From a virus (lineage: Duplodnaviria > Caudoviricetes), in the IMG/VR virus record IMGVR_UViG_3300030207_000478, positions 1 through 34,165 of that record: a stretch of 34,165 bases of DNA, one strand, 5' to 3'. The position numbers and the translations under genes were made by a program. Positions within the stretch are counted from its first letter, which is position 1. The number at the start of each line of letters is the position of its first letter. Positions 28,247 to 34,165 of the stretch are shown piece by piece. The notes beneath the pieces were generated by a model, which ran no database searches, was not told the DNA's origin, and worked only from the letters and a program-made list of their open reading frames with translations.

Positions 28247-28539
28247 TGACTGATGTAAATAAAACAATAAGTGGGTTTTATGATTGGATGGACGAGGTTC
28301 TCAATGGAAAACCATTAGAAGCAGAAATGTGGAAGTTAAACTACATTGAGAGCCTCTTACATTACACATCTTTAACAACTAAAGAGCAAGAAGAAATTAT
28401 AAGCTCGCTTGATGAAATCAGCGATATAGAAGCAGATGAAATAATTCAAAGAATTAAAGAATACGAAATACATTTAGACCCAAAGCATCAGTATGAAGCT
28501 ATGAGAAAAAATGGAATGTTTAACCCTAAAGATTTTTAA
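28246..28539 (+). CDS. hypothetical protein
   Basis: 97-aa ORF with coupled stop/start. Confidence 0.7.
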   Translation: MTDVNKTISGFYDWMDEVLNGKPLEAEMWKLNYIESLLHYTSLTTKEQEEIISSLDEISDIEADEIIQRIKEYEIHLDPKHQYEAMRKNGMFNPKDF

Positions 28540-28540
28540 A

Positions 28541-28852
28541 ATGAAAAACGATTATGATAAAGTAAGAAGCTCTAGGAATGAGCTTGAAGCAATCCTTAGA
28601 ATAAGAGGAATATCCAAACAAAGATTTGGAAGAATATTAAATATTAAAGGCTCTACTATAGAGAAATACTTAGACAATCCCTACCACTTAAGATACTATC
28701 AAATGCAGAGACTTGCAAAGTTTTTAAACATAGATGTTAAGGATGTCGTAGATATAATAGAAGTAGATTTAAAAGATGAGCTTATAATAGTAGATGGCGA
28801 AGATAATTTTGTAGCAATAGAATCACTAACAAATCAAACGACAGATGAATAA
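28541..28852 (+). CDS. XRE-family HTH regulator
   Basis: RGISKQRFGRILNIKGSTIEKY...RLAKFLNID; ATG at 28541 preferred. Confidence 0.75.
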   Translation: MKNDYDKVRSSRNELEAILRIRGISKQRFGRILNIKGSTIEKYLDNPYHLRYYQMQRLAKFLNIDVKDVVDIIEVDLKDELIIVDGEDNFVAIESLTNQTTDE

Positions 28853-29300
28853 ATATAAATTAGAATTTACTAGAGAAAGAGATGAAAAAATCAAAGCAAT
28901 AATTTGCGAAAGATATAATTTATCTTGGCCTGTTGTGGAGGGAAGAAGCAGGGTAAGAAAAATTGTAGACGCTAGAAGGTTGTATAGCGGAGTGCTTAGA
29001 GATTTGTTTTGTTTATCATACCAAAAGATAGCTAAGATTCTTAATAAAAACCATGCAACTATAATTCATAATGTTCAGCAACACGAAGTGTTTGTAAAGA
29101 TTTTAAAGTCTTATAGAAAAAACTATGAAGATATTGAAAGAACACTTATGTTAGATGATAATTATTATATTCATGAAGTAAAAGAAGTAGAAAGAAAAAT
29201 GAATGAGCTATCAGAAAGACTTAACGATTTAATAGAAAAGAAAAACAATTATAAATTAAAAATTAAAAACAAAGAAAAATGGCAGATAAAAACTATGTAG
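28845..29300 (+). CDS. DnaA domain IV-like HTH protein with coiled coil
   Basis: RSR.RKIVDARR...LSYQKIAKILNKNHATIIH. Confidence 0.8.
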   Translation: MNKYKLEFTRERDEKIKAIICERYNLSWPVVEGRSRVRKIVDARRLYSGVLRDLFCLSYQKIAKILNKNHATIIHNVQQHEVFVKILKSYRKNYEDIERTLMLDDNYYIHEVKEVERKMNELSERLNDLIEKKNNYKLKIKNKEKWQIKTM

Positions 29301-29536
29301 CAAGTAGTATAAAAAAAGTAACTACGCAATATGGAGATTTATTTAACGCAAGCTTTAAGGTAGAGGACTTGCAAAAAATATCAAAAAGAGGTTGGGTAAA
29401 TATTACAATAGCAGAAAGGAGAGAGCCTTCTGAAAAAGGAGCAACTCACTATGCTTATGAAAACACTTATGAACCTCCAAAAGAAGTAACAACAGATGCT
29501 AAATCATCTAAAGATGATGATGATTTACCATTTTAA
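29279..29536 (+). CDS. small SSB-like protein
   Basis: Acidic tail DDDDLPF. Confidence 0.6.
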   Translation: MADKNYVASSIKKVTTQYGDLFNASFKVEDLQKISKRGWVNITIAERREPSEKGATHYAYENTYEPPKEVTTDAKSSKDDDDLPF

Positions 29537-29544
29537 ATAGCATA

Positions 29545-29626
29545 GGTTGGTGGGGTTAATATCAAAATTTTATTAACTGAGCGGTTATACTTTGTGATTA
29601 GATATAATTCCCCACCTTCCTTTTTT
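29545..29626 (+). terminator. long stem-loop element ending in a U-run
   Basis: GGTTGGTGGGG ... CCCCACCTTCC + T6, with a ~55-nt interior. Confidence 0.55.
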
Positions 29627-29645
29627 ATTAACTAAAATTAATTTT

Positions 29646-29825
29646 ATGGAAACTTATATACCATTAAACAGTATTAATTCAGACCACGACAAAGCAACAT
29701 TAAGAAAAAGGCTTGACAAGGCTAAAACAGAAAACGAAAGGCTCTCAAAATATAATATTGATTTAAAATTAGAAATCATAGATTTAAGACAAGAACTAAA
29801 TAATATTAAAAAAACTACTAAATAA
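29646..29825 (+). CDS. 59-aa coiled-coil protein (not in the ORF track)
   Basis: METYIPLNSINSDHDKATLRKRLDKAKTENERLSKYNIDLKLEIIDLRQELNNIKKTTK. Confidence 0.7.
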   Translation: METYIPLNSINSDHDKATLRKRLDKAKTENERLSKYNIDLKLEIIDLRQELNNIKKTTK

Positions 29826-29826
29826 T

Positions 29827-29857
29827 TTTGTAGTTTAAAATATTCTTCGTATCTTTG
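29827..29857 (+). promoter_or_regulatory. early promoter TTTG-N19-TATCTTTG
   Basis: Canonical Bacteroidota -33/-7. Confidence 0.85.
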
Positions 29858-29867
29858 TATAGAAATT

Positions 29868-29885
29868 AAGGGTTAGCTAACCCTT
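29868..29885. promoter_or_regulatory. perfect 18-bp palindrome (operator or 5' hairpin)
   Basis: AAGGGTTAGCTAACCCTT just downstream of the promoter. Confidence 0.55.
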
Positions 29886-29917
29886 TACTAACTATTTATT
29901 AACTAAAAAACACGCCT

Positions 29918-31003
29918 ATGACACACAAAGAATTACTTATTGATTTATTATCCGTACAAACCACAAGCGGTAATGAGTTTAATATGATAGCACATATATT
30001 TAACTTTTGCAGACAGAATGTGCCTGAAGCAGATGTAAAAGTAAAAGACAACAACATTTATATAACAAAAGGGGAGTCAGACATATATCCATGTGTTGTG
30101 GCTCACACAGACACAGTTCACGATATACATGACCACTTTAAAGTATTTGATGACGACGGATGCTTATTTGCATTCAACGCAAAGACAGGAACACAGGTAG
30201 GTGTAGGTGGCGACGATAAGGTTGGGATATGGTTGGCATTAGAGATGCTAATGAGGTTTGACAAAATCAAGTGTGCCTTTTTTCATTCAGAGGAGATTGG
30301 TTGTGTAGGTAGTAGAGCTGCAGACATGGATTGGTTTAAAGATGTAGGTTATTGTTTACAGGGAGACAGAAGGGGCAACAAAGACTTTGTAAACAATATA
30401 TCCGGTAAACTATTTAGCAAGAGGTTTAGCAAGGCTATTGCACCTATACTTGCCCATCATGGTTATTCAGAAACAACAGGTGCTATTACAGATGTAGGTC
30501 AGTTAGCAGAGAATGGTATTGGTGTATGTGTAGCAAATATGAGTTGTGGTTATTATGCCCCTCATTCTGACCAAGAAATTGTAGAGTTTGACCACGCTGA
30601 TAACTGCAGAATGATGATGGAGAACATTATTACAGAGTTAGGCTGTAATAAGTTTGAGTACTCGTTTTCATGCAGCTACGGAAACTACAACAACAAGTGG
30701 GGCGATTGGAGTGGAGCAGATGAAGATTTTTGGTATGGCAATGATGTTGAGGTTGTAGACGACAATGAAGGTAATGAGTCTTGTTATTACTGTGGTTGTA
30801 AAAACCTACAAGAGAGCTCGTTTAAAGGTTATAAGTTCTGTCCTGATTGTGATAGCGACATACTATCTGCAGATGATTATGAGGAGAAGGCATGGAATAA
30901 TTCTTTTGACGACTATGAAGATATATCAGACAACTATGATGGCTCAATGAAGCATAAAGCTATAGTAAATCAATATTTAACTAACTATAACAAAAACAAA
31001 TAA
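29918..31003 (+). CDS. M20/M28-like zinc peptidase with C-terminal Zn ribbon
   Basis: AHTDTVH, GGDDKVG, EEIG, DRRG, GYY.PH; CYYC...CPDC. Confidence 0.85.
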   Translation: MTHKELLIDLLSVQTTSGNEFNMIAHIFNFCRQNVPEADVKVKDNNIYITKGESDIYPCVVAHTDTVHDIHDHFKVFDDDGCLFAFNAKTGTQVGVGGDDKVGIWLALEMLMRFDKIKCAFFHSEEIGCVGSRAADMDWFKDVGYCLQGDRRGNKDFVNNISGKLFSKRFSKAIAPILAHHGYSETTGAITDVGQLAENGIGVCVANMSCGYYAPHSDQEIVEFDHADNCRMMMENIITELGCNKFEYSFSCSYGNYNNKWGDWSGADEDFWYGNDVEVVDDNEGNESCYYCGCKNLQESSFKGYKFCPDCDSDILSADDYEEKAWNNSFDDYEDISDNYDGSMKHKAIVNQYLTNYNKNK

Positions 31004-31005
31004 TT

Positions 31006-31197
31006 ATGGATAAAATACAATTTATGAAAATGTTCTTACAATTAGGTAAGTTTGCAAACTATGATGAAAAAGAAGATTTAGCATTTAAAGAAAGAATAGT
31101 GTTTGCTACTGAGGGAATAATAAAACCTTACGATTGGGAAGAACTAACATTTAAGGAAAGACAATTAAGAATGAATAACCTATTAAAACAAATATAA
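31006..31197 (+). CDS. hypothetical protein
   Basis: 63-aa ORF, tightly packed. Confidence 0.7.
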   Translation: MDKIQFMKMFLQLGKFANYDEKEDLAFKERIVFATEGIIKPYDWEELTFKERQLRMNNLLKQI

Positions 31198-31199
31198 TT

Positions 31200-31853
31200 A
31201 TGGCAAAGAGATTTACAGACACAGACAAATGGAAAAAAGGTTTTATTAAAAATCTGCCTGCAAAATACAAACTATTATGGTTATATATATTAGATGACTG
31301 TAATCATGCGGGAATATGGGACACAGACTTTGAGGTTGCTTCAATTAGAATAGGCAGTAAGATAAGCGAGAAAGAGGCTTGTAAGGTGTTCGCAGAGCAG
31401 ATAAAGATATTTGATAAGGGTAATAAATGGTTTATACCAAAGTTTATTGACTTTCAATATGGCACACTTAATGAAAACTCAAGACCTCATCAGGCAGTAA
31501 TTAAGCTGCTAGATAAATATGATGTTTATAATATAGAGGGCATCAGTCCTGTAGATGTTGCAGGGTTTGAGGGGGAGATAAAAAACCCTGTAAAAGTTAA
31601 AAGGTTTGTAAAACCAACATTAAATGAGTTAGAGCTTTATTGCGTTGAAAGGCAAAACAAAGTAGACATACAGAAATTTTTTGACCACTATGAAAGCAAC
31701 GGATGGAGGGTTGGTAAGAATCCTATGAAAGATTGGAGAGCCGCTATAAGAACTTGGGAGAAAAATAGCTTTGAAACTGCTAAGAAGGGTAATAAGTTAG
31801 AAAGTCAAATAAGCTCTTGGCAAAAAGCTAGGGACATAATAAGCAAACAGTAA
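31200..31853 (+). CDS. phage replication initiator
   Basis: N-terminal MAKRFTDT.KW...LLWLYILD.C.HAG; C-terminal FFDHYESNGW.VGKNPMKDWRAAIRTWE. Confidence 0.75.
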   Translation: MAKRFTDTDKWKKGFIKNLPAKYKLLWLYILDDCNHAGIWDTDFEVASIRIGSKISEKEACKVFAEQIKIFDKGNKWFIPKFIDFQYGTLNENSRPHQAVIKLLDKYDVYNIEGISPVDVAGFEGEIKNPVKVKRFVKPTLNELELYCVERQNKVDIQKFFDHYESNGWRVGKNPMKDWRAAIRTWEKNSFETAKKGNKLESQISSWQKARDIISKQ

Positions 31854-32221
31854 TGAAATATATTAAGCAAGAAAATAAAAAAGAGCTTACATTAAAGTGT
31901 GTTGATTTAGTTAGTAGGACTTTTGTAGAGTTAGGTCAGACAAAGAGTGAGCAGGAAATAGTTATCCTGTCTCATTCTCTTTGCGAGGATTTATTTGCTG
32001 ACTTTAAAAACCTTATGTTTGAAGATATACAAATGGCTTTTAGAAAAGGCGTAAGAGATACAGACTTATTTGTCTTAAATGTTAAAACATATTACAAGTG
32101 GATAAAAAGTTGGAGACAAGTAATATGGAACGCAAGAAGTGCTGTAGAAAGCTCAGGAGCAGACCCTAAGACTACTGTTGGGTATAGACCTGAGCCAAAA
32201 TTATTAACAAATAAAACTTAA
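31853..32221 (+). CDS. hypothetical protein (possible helicase loader)
   Basis: Coupled to the initiator; helical; function inferred from position only. Confidence 0.55.
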   Translation: MKYIKQENKKELTLKCVDLVSRTFVELGQTKSEQEIVILSHSLCEDLFADFKNLMFEDIQMAFRKGVRDTDLFVLNVKTYYKWIKSWRQVIWNARSAVESSGADPKTTVGYRPEPKLLTNKT

Positions 32222-32225
32222 AAAA

Positions 32226-32396
32226 ATGGAATACAATTCGTTATTTGAACCATTATTATGCATATTTTTGTCAATGTCTTTAGGGCTTTTGTTGGGGACA
32301 ATATTTACAGTATATGCAACAATAAAAGAAACAAAAGAGCTTAAAAAAGAATTAGAAAAGTTTAGAAGATTATATCATGAAAAAGTAAAAAAATGA
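32226..32396 (+). CDS. 56-aa single-TM protein (not in the ORF track)
   Basis: MEYNSLFEPLLCIFLSMSLGLLLGTIFTVYATIKETKELKK...; ATGA overlap with the next gene. Confidence 0.7.
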   Translation: MEYNSLFEPLLCIFLSMSLGLLLGTIFTVYATIKETKELKKELEKFRRLYHEKVKK

Positions 32397-32656
32397 ATGA
32401 TGAGTTTTGGAAATGGTTTACAAGAGAAGCAATAAAAAATAATAAAGATTATTATTTGTCTTTATCTCTGAAAGAAAAGATAAAACTTATGCAGTCATTA
32501 ATAAATTATGACCTGACAACTTACTTTATTATTGCTAAATATTATTTAAACACACCAATAGAAGATGGGGGCGTTTCTCCAAGAGTAATAGACAGGGAGT
32601 TTCGTTTAGCAATGAAAAGAAAATATTATTATAACAAAAAAAAGGAAAGGCTATGA
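32393..32656 (+). CDS. hypothetical protein
   Basis: ATGA overlaps at both ends. Confidence 0.7.
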   Translation: MNDEFWKWFTREAIKNNKDYYLSLSLKEKIKLMQSLINYDLTTYFIIAKYYLNTPIEDGGVSPRVIDREFRLAMKRKYYYNKKKERL

Positions 32657-32850
32657 CTATACTTACAATCGTTTTATCAATTATTGGTTTTTGTTTAATT
32701 TTAGAAATACCATTTATTAAAAACTATCTAAAAGAAAAAACAAAAAATCAAAACGATAAAATATTAGACAACATAAAAAAGCATGAAACCCGAACAGGAG
32801 GCCTGCATAGTGATTATAAATATGGAGAAAAGAAAAATGAAAGACAATAG
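32653..32850 (+). CDS. small membrane-anchored protein
   Basis: N-terminal hydrophobic helix. Confidence 0.65.
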   Translation: MTILTIVLSIIGFCLILEIPFIKNYLKEKTKNQNDKILDNIKKHETRTGGLHSDYKYGEKKNERQ

Positions 32851-33052
32851 AATACCACATTATTATATTGGGAGCAATGGCTATGAGGCAAGAAAGGTTG
32901 TTTCAGGTTTTGACTTATCATATAATATAGGAACTGCTGTTACATATTTGCTAAGAGCAGAAAAGAAACACGCTACACCTGTTGAGTGTATTAAAAAAGC
33001 TATAGCTCATTTAGAATTTGAGTTGGAAAAAATAAAAGAAAAAGATGACTAG
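32837..33052 (+). CDS. DUF3310 (SaV-like) protein
   Basis: PHYY, YNIGTAVTYLLRA.KK, IKKAIAHLEFE. Confidence 0.75.
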   Translation: MKDNRIPHYYIGSNGYEARKVVSGFDLSYNIGTAVTYLLRAEKKHATPVECIKKAIAHLEFELEKIKEKDD

Positions 33053-33281
33053 CCCAATCTTTAGAGTTATTATAGAGTTTGGATACAGGACTAAAGGCTC
33101 TGTCAGACAATATAAATACTCTAAGATAGATACATTCGTTTTGACAAATGATATTGAGAAAATAAAAACAGACGAAACTCTCTTGTCAAGAATCAAAAGA
33201 AAGGCAGGAACAAAAAAAGAAATAGACATAACATTTAGAAACATCTATATTGAGGGTCAATATGGAAACACAACTTATTAA
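33045..33281 (+). CDS. hypothetical protein
   Basis: 78-aa ORF within the operon. Confidence 0.7.
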   Translation: MTSPIFRVIIEFGYRTKGSVRQYKYSKIDTFVLTNDIEKIKTDETLLSRIKRKAGTKKEIDITFRNIYIEGQYGNTTY

Positions 33282-33292
33282 AACTTAAAATT

Positions 33293-33523
33293 ATGGAAAC
33301 GATATTATTTGTTATTATTGCATTTTATTTAATATTCTTAAACTTAAGGATAAAAGATTTAGAAGAAGATATAAGCACCTGTAATATGGATAAGTCTGAA
33401 TTAGAAGTTAAGGTTTATAAAAAAATGATGGAGATTCGTAGTCAAATTAAAGAATCTGTAAAACCAATTAAAATTGAGAAACCAAGAAGAAGAAGTACAA
33501 AAAGGCGTAGTAAAGTATCTTAA
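33293..33523 (+). CDS. small membrane-anchored coiled-coil protein
   Basis: N-terminal TM segment, basic tail. Confidence 0.65.
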   Translation: METILFVIIAFYLIFLNLRIKDLEEDISTCNMDKSELEVKVYKKMMEIRSQIKESVKPIKIEKPRRRSTKRRSKVS

Positions 33524-33854
33524 GTTAATGTACCCTAATGCTAGGTACTGTGCGTCTTTAGGAGGCATTAGAACCTCTTATAAACAGGCAGTAAAGGCAA
33601 AGGCTACGGGATATGTAAAGGGCTTTCCTGACTTACAAATCTGCGTACCTATGGAGAGGGGGGGTACCCAAGAGGGGGGGGGTATCTATCATGGATTGTT
33701 TTTAGAAATAAAGAAGGACAAAAAATCTTATCCAACCAAAGAGCAGAAGGAATGGATAGCATATCTAAACGAACAAGGGTATTGTGCTAGGGTTACTAAA
33801 GGGTTAGACGAGAGTATAGAAGTAATTGATAACTATTTTAATAAAAGAATATGA
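33474..33854 (+). CDS. VRR-NUC family nuclease (resolvase-like)
   Basis: E..Q, KGFPDL, GLFLEIK, EQKEW...L...GY; TTG start. Confidence 0.85.
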   Translation: MRNQEEEVQKGVVKYLKLMYPNARYCASLGGIRTSYKQAVKAKATGYVKGFPDLQICVPMERGGTQEGGGIYHGLFLEIKKDKKSYPTKEQKEWIAYLNEQGYCARVTKGLDESIEVIDNYFNKRI

Positions 33855-34051
33855 GTATAAATATATACGAAAGAAAAGATATGCGTGGTGGTGGCTATGC
33901 AAAGCGTAAGTTTACTTATGCAGAAGCAGAAAAAATAAGAGCCGACTACAAATCAGGCAAGTTCACGCAACATGAGTTGGCATCTGTGTATAAGGTAAGC
34001 CAATCTATAATAAATAAAATACTAAGATTTAAAACCTATGTAAAGGTTTAA
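33851..34051 (+). CDS. small HTH DNA-binding protein
   Basis: FTQHELASVYKVSQSIINKIL. Confidence 0.8.
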   Translation: MSINIYERKDMRGGGYAKRKFTYAEAEKIRADYKSGKFTQHELASVYKVSQSIINKILRFKTYVKV

Positions 34052-34091
34052 TAGAAAAGTGTGTTCATAATCACTTGTTTTTGTTAATAAT

Positions 34092-34134
34092 GGGGGTAGC
34101 CAATGACTGTGTGGGTTGTTGGCTATTTTCTTTT
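34092..34134 (+). terminator. intrinsic terminator
   Basis: GTAGCCAATGAC / GTTGTTGGCTAT followed by a T-rich tail. Confidence 0.7.
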
Positions 34135-34165
34135 ACGATAATTTTTTTTTGATGTTGCAAAAACT

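Noticed and set aside
28845-29300. Host dnaA gene
   Set aside because: Only a domain IV-like HTH is present, with no AAA+ domain; this is a phage protein
29545-29626. tRNA
   Set aside because: Similar size, but no TTC-containing T-loop or cloverleaf
591-33244. Minus-strand ORFs in the track (e.g. 8274-8606, 14613-14972, 18951-19424, 23398-23694)
   Set aside because: All are shadows of well-supported + strand genes, with no motifs or promoters of their own
1-34165. Alternative genetic code, diversity-generating retroelement, introns or inteins
   Set aside because: Genes are intact and densely packed in code 11; no reverse transcriptase, template/variable repeat pair or splicing motifs were seen

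Overview
Most of the genome of an AT-rich tailed dsDNA phage (siphovirus-like), with nearly all genes on the + strand. The host is probably Bacteroidota (flavobacteria-like), judged from TTTG-N19-TAnnTTTG promoters and A/T-rich leaders without Shine-Dalgarno sequences. Gene order: truncated early gene, regulatory region, terminase, tail module with a -1 frameshifted chaperone, tape measure, Mor-like regulator, Clp protease/scaffold, capsid, two tail-tube paralogs, portal, adaptor, lysis, metallophosphoesterase, then early/replication genes (HTH proteins, SSAP, SSB, M28-like peptidase, initiator, VRR-NUC). No integrase, polymerase or helicase is recognisable. The most interesting signals are non-coding: (1) a ~75-nt promoter-to-terminator small RNA (25818-25893) complementary to the translation-start regions of the early operons; (2) a four-copy promoter module TTCCAAAAACTTC-N23-TAnnTTTG, one copy driving two leftward micro-ORFs; (3) two copies of an origin-like element 25.5 kb apart; (4) a double G-tract inside the VRR-NUC gene. 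All calls come from reading motifs by eye; no searches were run.
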